DNA of 64,000 bases from a virus. Positions 20,572-31,286 of this stretch are shown piece after piece (position 1 is the stretch's first letter; the number at the start of each line of letters is the position of its first letter). The notes below the pieces were generated by a model, which was not told the DNA's origin, did not search any database, and worked only from the letters and a program-made list of their open reading frames with translations. Made by a program: the position numbers and the translations under genes. Location of the stretch: positions 1 to 64,000 of IMG/VR virus record IMGVR_UViG_3300035670_000153, one strand, 5' to 3'.

Positions 20572-23000
20572 TTATTTTTTAATTTTAAAAAATTTATTAG
20601 CATCAATTTCACTAAGACATATGATTAGGAAAAATAATGGGGTTATAATATTAACAAATGGTATGAAAAAACAAATATGTAATATTTTTGTATCACTATA
20701 TGATTCAGATTTTAAAATTGCAAATCTAGTCATAAAATAACTTATTATATAACTTAATACTATAATTGAAATCACAATTTTTAATAGATTCATGTTATAT
20801 CCTCCTTATATTATTTATTTAATAATTTTTCATAATACACAATTATCATAGTTATTCCATTTGAGATTAAAATTGCCATAATTGTATCAACTTTACGTTC
20901 TGTGATAGTTTTATCGATAATTAATTCTATAAATTGCCATATAAAAGTTATAGATTGATAAACCATATAATAAATTATAAAATATGCAATAAATTTCATA
21001 GACTATTCTCCTTTAATGACAAGAGTTTGAGGTATATAATTATATGAGAGGTTCTTTCCTTTTAATTCAGGATATAAATTGTAAATCATATCCCACGCTT
21101 TTCTTTCTATATTAATTGATTGTTTGAGTGCTTTTATTGTTTTCTTATAGCTACCAAATAAACTGTCTTTAAATCTTTCAGCTGATATTCTAAACGCATA
21201 ACTTTCTTTAAACAAATCTTTTATATCTTGTGGTAATGCATAATCTTTTTTACACATTAATTATTTCTCCTTTATTATTTATTATTATAAATAACAATTT
21301 TATTTTTAAATTTTAAAAACTTTTATTTTTCTTCTAATTCTACATTGACCCCAGCGAATGTGAATCCTTTTCCTGAGTTCACCATAAATTCAGAAAAAAC
21401 ATCTAACCAAATTATGCCATAATGGATTACTCCATCTTTAGTATCATTAATAATACTTTTTTGAATTATACCTATAGGTTTACCTTGATTCATTATTGGT
21501 TTATTGCATGAATCTTTACATATTTTTAATAGAAACTCTTCATCAAGTACTACGGTGTTTTGGATTTTAAAAAATTCAGGTATTTCTACTTTTATAGTTT
21601 TTCTCATGACTCCTCCTTATTTTATTTTTTTATCTTTTCGTTATGCTAATACTTCTAATATCTTTTAATAAATCAATCGCATTATTGTATTTAAAATATC
21701 CCCTTAACCCACACCACGATAAACTATTATCTGAATACAAAATGAAATTATTATCATCTGAATTATTGTTTTGTTTTATAAGAGTTCGAATATTAAAATT
21801 TAGACTTCTTGATTTATAGTAAAGAAAATCATATTCCTCTGATTCTTGGTTTACAATTTCTACTTTATATTTCCACATACTATATATTCTCCTATTTGTT
21901 TTTATTCTTTATTTAATTATTCAAAAATATCATCCATGACATAAATAGTATTTTGTGTAATTACTCGGACACCATAATCATCTTCATCAATTTCTTTTAT
22001 TATACTCGTTGTCAATACTTTTCCATTTTCACAATTAAAAACCATTCGACCACCTATTTCTAAATTGCATTCTAATTCACCAACCCTACCAATTAAGGAA
22101 GGATAGAAATCATCTACTCTATTTTCCCCTTTCAAATCTGTTACACTTGAGATTATTAATTTACTCATAAATTATTCCTCCTTTTCACGATAAAAGAAAC
22201 CTTTTATCTTACTATTATAATCTTTGCTACCCTTGATAAATAACAATTTTAAAAAGTACCAGTTGTAAAAAATTTAATTAAAGTATCACTACTGCTATAA
22301 GTTTTTTCTTTAGTAGCTTCACTCTTTCTATATTCTTCAACCCTTTCTTTATCATAATGGCAACATGTCTCGCATGGATGATTCCCATATTCTTTTGATG
22401 AACAGTTGTTATAATCATATTTAATTGGACATTTATTCATGTTTCCTCCTTATAAGTTATTCCTTAACTATATAATAACCAACAATAATTCTACCGACTT
22501 TATAATTATCTATATTTAACTCTTCTGCATCACACACATCTTCTATACCTTTTTCTGCTTCTTGTATACTCTTAAACTTTAAAAATGGTATATCACTATT
22601 TATTAGATTAATACTATGACCATTGCATTCTAGTATTAAATTATTACGCTTATCAATGATAACAATGTACTCTATTTTTTTAGCAAATTCATCTAAAATA
22701 TTCATAATTTACCTCAATTTAAAAATTTTTTTTTATTTACAACTCTTGTATTTTTTTGAAATAATATTTTAAATCTTTATTTTCACTATTATTTACCTCG
22801 ACATTTAATATTCCTGTTTTTAAATATCCTTTACTTAATTCACATTGTTGTTGGATATCTCTAATCATCATAATTGTTCTCTGTGATATTTCTTCTTCGG
22901 TCTTACACTTTTCAAATATATCAGAAATAATACTCATAAATTCATATCTGTCTGCCATATTCATTCTCCTTTTTATAATTTATTTGACCACTATTTAATA
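20572..23000 (-). other. cluster of about 9 small hypothetical CDS (60-95 aa)
   Basis: ORF track, GGAG(G) SDs. Confidence 0.65.
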
Positions 23001-23111
23001 TTTTTAGGTGAAAAGTATTTTAACCTCTCACCTAAATTTAACATCATATTAATAATAACACATACTCAATTCATTGTCAACAATATTATTCAATTTATTA
23101 TTTACTATCCA

Positions 23112-23567
23112 CTACTTCAATAAATCAGCAATTTCATCAATCTCTAATTCGGTTTTCTTTTCCTCAGATAGCAACTTTTCTAATTTACTTTCCATAGCTT
23201 TTAACTTATTTTCTTCTTCCTTATTAAATAACACTTCTAGTTTATTATTTATATCATCAATCCAATCAATAATATTGTACCCGTTATAATTCAAATCATT
23301 TAAAACTCCTAATTCTTCTGCTGACTTTTTATACACATTAAGTATAACTAAATGTTCAATTAAATCTCTCTTACTCAATACATTAATATTTGATACTTGT
23401 TCCTTTAATGGCAATATACAATTTGTAATAGGTATAAACCTCTTCAACTTACCAATTTTTTCTTTCTTTTCTGCAATTTGCTTTCTCATTTCTAATATTC
23501 TTTCATCGTTTTTATTTGTCATATTAATACATCCTCTCATATAATTTATTATTTTGTAAATATACAT
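23112..23567 (-). CDS. coiled-coil hypothetical phage protein (probable start MTNK at 23522)
   Basis: AGAGGA SD; coupled to the upstream gene. Confidence 0.65.
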   Translation of the reverse strand: MYIYKIINYMRGCINMTNKNDERILEMRKQIAEKKEKIGKLKRFIPITNCILPLKEQVSNINVLSKRDLIEHLVILNVYKKSAEELGVLNDLNYNGYNIIDWIDDINNKLEVLFNKEEENKLKAMESKLEKLLSEEKKTELEIDEIADLLK

Positions 23568-24600
23568 TTTTATAAATAGGTTTTACATATTCAAATATTT
23601 CTTCTAAAGTTGTGTTTTCTAAAACTTTTATCCCAAAAACATCTCGTTTATTATTACAATCTTTTAAGTAATATTTTTTATTTTCAATTGCCCAATATCT
23701 ACACACTTCGTATTTATCCTCGTCTTTATTAAATATATAAGTCCAACTTCTATCTGCTATGTGTGCTAAAAAATCATCATAAGTATAATTAATTATTTCA
23801 TTTTTACTATAGTCAATTGGTGAATATTGCTTTTTACCTTCCATTAGCTCAAATAACTCAGCATAATCTTCACAACATTCTGATGTATCAATTCCTATGA
23901 ATTTTTTAGATAGTGAATTTAAACAATCAATTTCTATTTTAATATTATCACTATAACTACTTTTATATTTTCTTGCAAAGAAATGTCTTTTACCTTTTTG
24001 TTCTATTTTATTATAAGCACCTGTATTCCAATTCATATCACCATATTCCCAATAATCAAATCTACCCATATAAACCCATTTCTCATTATTTTTATTTAAA
24101 TAAGTATATCCTAAATTTAAATCTTTTGCCTTAATGTATTCATTATTATGCACAATGGTATTATATTCTTGAATTTCTTTATAGTCTTGAGAGTCAACTG
24201 GTATTAGAATTAAATCTTTACCATCCCATCCATAAACAAATTCACCTTCTAAACCTTTCCCTTTTATTGAGCTTGTATTTTCTAATATATATAATAAATT
24301 CTCAATATTTATTTCAAACTCAAAATCCCTAGGGTCATATACTCTAACATATGTTTGCCTATGATTCCATCCTGTATTATATCCTCCTGCTTTCTTATTA
24401 AGTACAAATCCAGATGTAGGTTCATTAATAAATTCTTTTGGTTCAATTTCTTCATCTCTCCAACCATTCCAAGATGTTTCTTTACGTAATTTATTTTTTT
24501 CATCAAAATATGTAATGTATGCTAATTTCTTGGTATATGTATCAGAACGTTTTTGAAACCCTACTTTAATTCTTTTAGGTAGAAATATACTGCTTTTCAA
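23524..24600 (-). CDS. phage hypothetical protein (358 aa)
   Basis: long ORF with GGAGG SD and TTG start. Confidence 0.75.
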   Translation of the reverse strand: MKSSIFLPKRIKVGFQKRSDTYTKKLAYITYFDEKNKLRKETSWNGWRDEEIEPKEFINEPTSGFVLNKKAGGYNTGWNHRQTYVRVYDPRDFEFEINIENLLYILENTSSIKGKGLEGEFVYGWDGKDLILIPVDSQDYKEIQEYNTIVHNNEYIKAKDLNLGYTYLNKNNEKWVYMGRFDYWEYGDMNWNTGAYNKIEQKGKRHFFARKYKSSYSDNIKIEIDCLNSLSKKFIGIDTSECCEDYAELFELMEGKKQYSPIDYSKNEIINYTYDDFLAHIADRSWTYIFNKDEDKYEVCRYWAIENKKYYLKDCNNKRDVFGIKVLENTTLEEIFEYVKPIYKNVYLQNNKLYERMY

Positions 24601-24642
24601 ATTAATATCCTCCTTTAAATTTATTATGATGAAGTCAAATTT

Positions 24643-26715
24643 TTATTTAATGTTGTTCTTATCATCAATACTATGTATTTCAAATACCAAATCATATTTA
24701 TTACAACAACTTAATTCACAACTTATACGCATATTAATTAAAGTAGCTTTCATTGTTCTTTCTAAGATAGATTCTTCTCCTGTAGTTATATCATGGATGA
24801 TATGATTACAATTAATATTAAAATCAATCACATTATTTCTATTCATTATAAAATTAATAAAATCTAAATCTACTAATAGAGCATGTTTTAATATGAGAAA
24901 TGTCTTTATTTTAGATTTGACTAATATATCTTTCATAATAGCATTTAATGGGACAATAAAACCTTTTGCCACACCTATTCCACATAATTGATAATTGCCA
25001 ACATCTATAATCACATAATCTTTACTTATATTTTTCATATTTACCTCCTTAGTTTTACTATTATTCCACCTTCACACCACATATAGGGCAAAAATTAACT
25101 TTAAATTTCTCACCATGTTCTAAACAACATTTATCATCTTCATCTACTAATCTGATATAACCTCTGTCAAATAAAACCTGCATTTTGATTTCAGTAGTTA
25201 TATAACTATTTGATATATCAAATGTTTTTTCAATTAAAACTTTATCACATAGACACATAATTCCCTCCATTATTAATATAATTTATCATACAATTCTTCT
25301 AAATCTTTTTTTATATCATCAATTAAAGCTAACCCTTTAATATCTTTTAATTTATATAATATATCTGCAATATCACTTTCTATATTAACTATAGCCTCTT
25401 TAGCTTCAATAGCAGGAATAAATTCTTTATTATCATCATTATCTTTAATATTTAACCCTAATACAACACTATTATCAATATTTTTCCTATAGCTTATATT
25501 CATAGTTTCCTCATTTCATAATGTTTATTTTTGATATTTAATCTTTACCCTTAATTTTTCTAATTTATCAAGTCTATCTATAACTTCGATTAGCCACTCA
25601 TTTTTTAATTCATTCGCAAATTGTTTCAATATATCTCTATCTGTTGATACAAAGAAACAATCATTATAATAAAATATATTTGGTTTCACTTCTTTATATC
25701 CAATAGCTAATTTATTCTTACTTGGCTTAATAGTTAATTCTAAAGTTTCTTTATTATGATATAATTCATAATGCATCTTTATTCCTCCATTAATTCAATT
25801 TTATATTTTAAATATTGCTTTTATAACCATTAAGATTACTGAATATTTTAGTTAATGTTAATCTGATATAATATTAAATTTCTTTATACAATTTTCACAT
25901 ACATATGTGTTATATATAGTTTTATAAACAGATAAAACAATTCCTGCACATTCATTACATCTAATTTTTTTAACACATATAGATTTTTTGTTTTTAAAGT
26001 TTTCTATTTCTGCTCGTAATCTAATATTTTCCTTTTCTAATTCATCAAGCTCATTATTAATACTAATATCATCTACTATATCAAATATTCCTTTATTATG
26101 CCACATTATACTACCATCTTTATCCATCAATGCATATGTATTATCTGATTCACCCCATATATTATAACTTATATTATGCCTTAAATAATTGCTAGTGTAA
26201 CTTGTTTTTAATTTTACTCTCTTCATATTATTCTCCTTCTAATTAATTTATTTCTTTTTTCATTTATTTCCTCACTTTTTTTAATAGCATGTAAAACTAA
26301 TAAAATTACCCCACTAGAGCCCCATATTATTCTAAAAAAATTATTATCCATTCCCATAATCAGAGTTCCAGTTGAGCTAATTGCACATATTCCCAATAAT
26401 ATAGTATATAATATTATAAACCTCCTCATTAAATTGATTTTTTAACTCATATTAATATTATCATATTTAAATTTAAAAGTCAATATTTAAATTGACTTTT
26501 AAATTTATTATTTATATTTCATATTTTTTTCTGATTGTTTCTGTAAATTCTATGACTGTAACTTTTATATCTGTAACTTTAAATGCAGACTTTAATTCAG
26601 CAAGTTTTTTTAACATTTCTGATTCATCATCAAATATTAAATTTTCATTCCTTCTACGTGTACTACCTATATAACCTTTAAACCATTCGATGCAATATTT
26701 TTTAATCACATTCAA
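24643..26715 (-). other. cluster of 7 small hypothetical CDS
   Basis: ORF track, SDs. Confidence 0.6.
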
Positions 26716-26743
26716 TCAAATCACCCATTAAATTTTTTAAATA

Positions 26744-27307
26744 TTATTCTGTATCTATTCCTAGTCTTGGTAAATCTAATTTATCAATAATTTGTTTAGT
26801 ATCTAACAATTTAAACCCATCTTTATTATATAATACTTTTGCTATTAAAATTCTCTCTTTAACTTTTAAATTAGATACTCTAGCAAAAGAGTGAATCTTA
26901 TTATTTATTTCTATTTCAGATTTAAAACCTGATACACCATTCCTATCTTTATAATTATGTACTAAAATTTGATAAATCCCATATTTCATTTTATCTTTAG
27001 ATGTCCATGTAATGTTTTCTACTGCAACCCCTTCGGGTCTTAGAACATCTATATCTAGATAACCAGTAGTATTACTATTTTTAAAATCAAAATATATCAA
27101 GTTTCCGTCAGGCTCTATGCAATGTAAATCATAATCATTTAAATCTTCTAAATTATCATTCCATTGTATAGACATCCTCATAGTACCTTCTACATTACCT
27201 CCAACGTTAGCTACATTAGATTTAATATCTGTACTAATATTATTTGGATGATTAAATAATTTTAATATTAAAATAACACTAAATATTATAATTACTACTA
27301 CAGCAAT
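26744..27307 (-). CDS. YfaP/DUF2135-like domain; the frame stays open upstream through a TM helix to the TGA of the previous gene
   Basis: SIQW...DYDLHCIEPDG..IYF...G.LDID....AVENITW; 42 more open codons upstream of 27181. Confidence 0.6.
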   Translation of the reverse strand: MAVVVIIIFSVILILKLFNHPNNISTDIKSNVANVGGNVEGTMRMSIQWNDNLEDLNDYDLHCIEPDGNLIYFDFKNSNTTGYLDIDVLRPEGVAVENITWTSKDKMKYGIYQILVHNYKDRNGVSGFKSEIEINNKIHSFARVSNLKVKERILIAKVLYNKDGFKLLDTKQIIDKLDLPRLGIDTE

Positions 27308-28318
27308 TCATGCAATAGGATTACCTTTTTCACTTATAGATTTCAATTTACGTTTTCTCTTTAAAATAGTTAATAACATGATAATTGGAACTAAGTCTAA
27401 AAATACTGCATAAACTATTTGTATTACTAATATTACAGAAGCAAGTTTATATCCTTTCATTGATGCAATGTTTTTTGATATTCCTATAAATCCTCTATTT
27501 GGTAATCTTAATTCTACCTCAGATGTAATGTTAGATGCATTATTATTTGTAATATCTGATATTTCAGAAACTTTAACCTCTTTATTAGAAATACTATTTA
27601 ATGAAATATTATTTAGTTCAGCTATCCTTAAATCAGCTTCATTTATTTTAGTATTAAGGTCATTGATATCTTTATTAATTCTTTTTGTTTCTAAAGTTAC
27701 CCACCAAGCACCTTTACTAGAATCAATATTCAATGAGTCATCCATTAGTTTCTTTAGTTGAGCATTATAAGTAATTTTACTACTATTTAAACTTGCTAAT
27801 TCATTTGCTGTTATAGTATTTACCTGAGAACTACTATCGTCAATTCTTCTTATAGACTCCTCTTTAATGGTATTTGTATTTGTTTCAGTTTTTACAGTGG
27901 AAGCTTCAATTATGTTGTTAACCATATTATATTGGAAACTTAAAGTGCAAAAAATACTAAGTATAAACAAACATGTAGCCATTATATATCTTTTATTTTC
28001 TAAAAAAACCATTGTACTAATTTGTAACACAAGTGCAGTAATTACAGCCATAACCTTTTCACTAAACGTAGTTGTAATTGTTAAAGCTAATACAACAGAA
28101 TACCAACAACTAGCTATTAATCCTCCATACATTAGTCCAAAATAAAGATACATTCTCGCTTTAGCTACCCTATAAAACTCTAGAAATCTTAAAAGTTTTA
28201 CATTAGTAATTTTGATATTGTCCAGATTATTATCCTCTGCATCAAAATTTGATACTTCATGAATTGCTTTTACTTTCAACTTCTTATTGTTTAATTCTTG
28301 ATTTGTATTACTTGACAT
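27308..28318 (-). CDS. multi-TM coiled-coil membrane protein
   Basis: 3 N-terminal TMs, coiled coil, C-terminal TM; GGAGGG SD. Confidence 0.75.
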   Translation of the reverse strand: MSSNTNQELNNKKLKVKAIHEVSNFDAEDNNLDNIKITNVKLLRFLEFYRVAKARMYLYFGLMYGGLIASCWYSVVLALTITTTFSEKVMAVITALVLQISTMVFLENKRYIMATCLFILSIFCTLSFQYNMVNNIIEASTVKTETNTNTIKEESIRRIDDSSSQVNTITANELASLNSSKITYNAQLKKLMDDSLNIDSSKGAWWVTLETKRINKDINDLNTKINEADLRIAELNNISLNSISNKEVKVSEISDITNNNASNITSEVELRLPNRGFIGISKNIASMKGYKLASVILVIQIVYAVFLDLVPIIMLLTILKRKRKLKSISEKGNPIA

Positions 28319-28373
28319 TTAAATCCCTCCTTTAAAATATGTGTTTATATGATTTATTTACCCTACACTTAAA

Positions 28374-28402
28374 AGTATAAACTAAATTTATCCATTTGTC
28401 AA
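28374..28402 (-). promoter_or_regulatory. sigma-A promoter
   Basis: TTGACA-17 nt-TATACT. Confidence 0.8.
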
Positions 28403-28445
28403 TGCATTAATTTAAATAATTTTTAATATAATATTTATTATAAAA

Positions 28446-28475
28446 ATTAGGATGGAAAATTAATTCCATCCTAAT
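28446..28475 (-). terminator. rho-independent terminator
   Basis: ATTAGGATGGAA/TTCCATCCTAAT stem followed by a T-run on the minus strand. Confidence 0.75.
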
Positions 28476-28487
28476 CATATATATTAT

Positions 28488-30364
28488 TTATTTTATTGTA
28501 TCTATTGCTTTTACTAGTTCATTCCATGCATTTATTAAGTTTTGTTTTTGTGTACTATCTATAGAATTAACAATTTGAACTATACTTTTAACTAAATTGA
28601 ATAATTGTGGTGATAATACCTCGTTTTCACTTACTACTGGTACTTCCTCATTTATTATTGGAGTTTCTATAAATTCATGCCCCATTAATTCTATTTCGTA
28701 CATTCTTACATGACCATCGTTATCAGTTTCCCATCTTACTTTACTTGTAGTTATTTCTTTGAAAATATCTATAGGAGTTGCATTTTTATTTTCTGTTACT
28801 TCTAAATGAGTTATCCAGTTAGCACCATCAAAGTATTTTAATTTATATTGATTAGGGCTTGATTATATCCATCAAATCCAAAATAAGTTCTCATTTCGCT
28901 AATAGTATATAATCCACCTAAATCAATTTCTATAAAATGTTGGTCTGATGTGCTTGCTGAAACCCATCTTCCTATATTGGATTTATTATCTCCATTTACT
29001 GCATTTTCGCCTATATATCCTGCATGTACTGAATCTACGATAACACTCTTTCCTTTTGCCACATTTATTTTATCTGAAATCACAGAAGGTTCTATTGGTT
29101 TTACTTCTACCAATTCTTCTAATCGTATATCATCAAAATATATAATATGTGAACCACCACCAATGTCATTTCCCATTAATCCACTATAGAATAACAATCT
29201 TGCTTGTGTATCACTTACTGTTGCAGTAAAGTCCATTATATATTCATTTGTTTGTAATCCAAAATCTAATGCACTATACAAAAATATCTTACTCCATCCT
29301 GCATTAGGTCTATCGATGACAGGTCTAATATGTTTTATGATTTTATTTGACCTAGCTTTGAAAGTTAATCTATATTTTTTATCTTTTTCTATATTTATAG
29401 GATTAATATATTTTATTGATTGCAGGTGTTGTTCATATACATCTTGAGTTATCTCTACAACTAATTCTCCATTTAATATAATAGGTTCTTTTATGCCATT
29501 TCTACCATCTAATTCCCACATTTTATTTATTGTATCAGAAAAATCTCCATTTTTAATAATATTAATTCCACTTGGTTTTAATTCTATTGAAGGTAATACA
29601 TCATTTTGTTCTATTATTGGCATATCATATGTGTCTTGAGCATATACACGAACATAATCTATAACCATTTGTCCTTGTTCATTATTTGATAATGGTAATT
29701 TATTCCCAATAAAATTTCCACCAACTGCTAAATTTATAATGATATAAAAATTTTTATCAAATGGAGCAGGGAACTTTTGTTTCTCTTGACCTGTAATTCC
29801 ATAAGTGCTCCAATTATTAGTTTTTCCCATTAAAACATCATCACAATACCAACGTATTTCCGTAGGAGTCCACTCAACAGCATATATATGATAATCTGAG
29901 TTTAGTCCCCCATTTGGTAAATATACAGAGCCTGTACTTGATAGTTGATGTTGATTATTTAATCCAGTATAATGAATTGTTCCTACGTATCTATCTAAAT
30001 CTCCACCTGTTTCCATAATATCTATTTCTCCAGATGAAGACCAATTCCCATATTCATTTGTCTCTGGCATAAGCCAAAAAGCAGACCAATAACCTTGTCC
30101 TACTGGTAATTTTGCTCTCATTTCAAATCTTCCATATGTTTGAGAAAACTTTCCTTTTGATTCTATTGCCCCTGACACATACGGTTTATTATCAGGATTA
30201 CTTTTCTTTTCTGCTTTTAACGTAAGTTCTCCATTAGATACAATTACATTTTCACTTGAATAATAAGATTGTTCATTATTACTATATTGACTTTTATGTA
30301 AAGACCATTTACTACTATCTAATAAACCACCTTCGAATTCATCACTCCATGTTAATTTCCACAT
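28488..30364 (-). pseudogene. GH16 beta-glucanase + CBM4/9-like + F5/8 (CBM32-like) protein, split by a frameshift near 28855
   Basis: WSDEF, WSAFWLMP, GEIDIME catalytic motif, DYVRVY; the F5/8 domain continues in the -1 frame (NQYKLKYFDGANW...VRMYEIELMG) into ORF 28488-28703. Confidence 0.8.
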
Positions 30365-30408
30365 AAAACACTCCCCTTTATTAATTAATTATAAAATACC
30401 TATTTGTA

Positions 30409-30612
30409 CTATTCTTTAATTTCTTCTTCAATTTCTTCTTTAACTTCTTCTTCTTTTAGAACAACATCTAAATTCCTACTCATAAACCATTTATATGCAT
30501 TAATATCAAAACAGATTGCTTTAAAATTAATTAATTCTCCTTGTGCTTCATTATATCTTGCACAATCTTGTTTCTTTTTGCAATCTTCATTTTTACATTT
30601 TGATACCCACAT
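30409..30612 (-). CDS. small Cys-rich protein with acidic tail
   Basis: GGAGG SD; C-x4-C-x5-C. Confidence 0.65.
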   Translation of the reverse strand: MWVSKCKNEDCKKKQDCARYNEAQGELINFKAICFDINAYKWFMSRNLDVVLKEEEVKEEIEEEIKE

Positions 30613-30746
30613 TTTTTATATGCCTCCTTTCCATATATGTATATGTTACTATTTTCACTTGATATTGTCAAGTGTCCATTTGATATTTATAATAAAATAT
30701 TAGACTATAGTGTAACAACTATAATCTAATATTTTATATTATTACT

Positions 30747-31250
30747 CTATTTACCTGAACTACCTAACATACCAAAATTTCTTTCTGATTCAAATTTTAA
30801 TAAATCTTCATAACTTTTTTCTTCAACTTTAACTTTAGGTACAGGTAATAGTAATGCTTGAGCAATTCCTTTATCATATCTATAAATAATATAATCATCT
30901 TCTAGAGATGATAATGTGCTTTCATTTGTTTCTTTAGTTATAACAATTGGTTTTGTATTCCCGTTATAAAGAGCTATAAACCATTGTTTCCTAAATCCAC
31001 TATCAATTACACCTGCTGATTTTTTCATGCTTTTAATTGCACTGCTTCCTCTTTCTTCAATAAGGAACATATATTCATGATGAAATGCAGAAGCAATACC
31101 TGTAGGAACTAATGTAGTTTCATGTGGAGGTAATATCATATATTCTTCATCAAAACAAGCATAAATATCATATCCTCCATCTTCTTCTCTTTTACTAGGT
31201 ATTTTAGCATCAGGTCTTACTTTTGCAAAATAAATTATATCTTTAATCAC
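30747..31250 (-). CDS. dut: trimeric dUTPase
   Basis: GGYDI, LVPTGI, ERGS, GVIDSGFR, IAQ, R.FGMLGSSG. Confidence 0.92.
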   Translation of the reverse strand: MIKDIIYFAKVRPDAKIPSKREEDGGYDIYACFDEEYMILPPHETTLVPTGIASAFHHEYMFLIEERGSSAIKSMKKSAGVIDSGFRKQWFIALYNGNTKPIVITKETNESTLSSLEDDYIIYRYDKGIAQALLLPVPKVKVEEKSYEDLLKFESERNFGMLGSSGK

Positions 31251-31286
31251 TTTATTTCCTCCTTTATATTTTTTGATTTATTTTAA

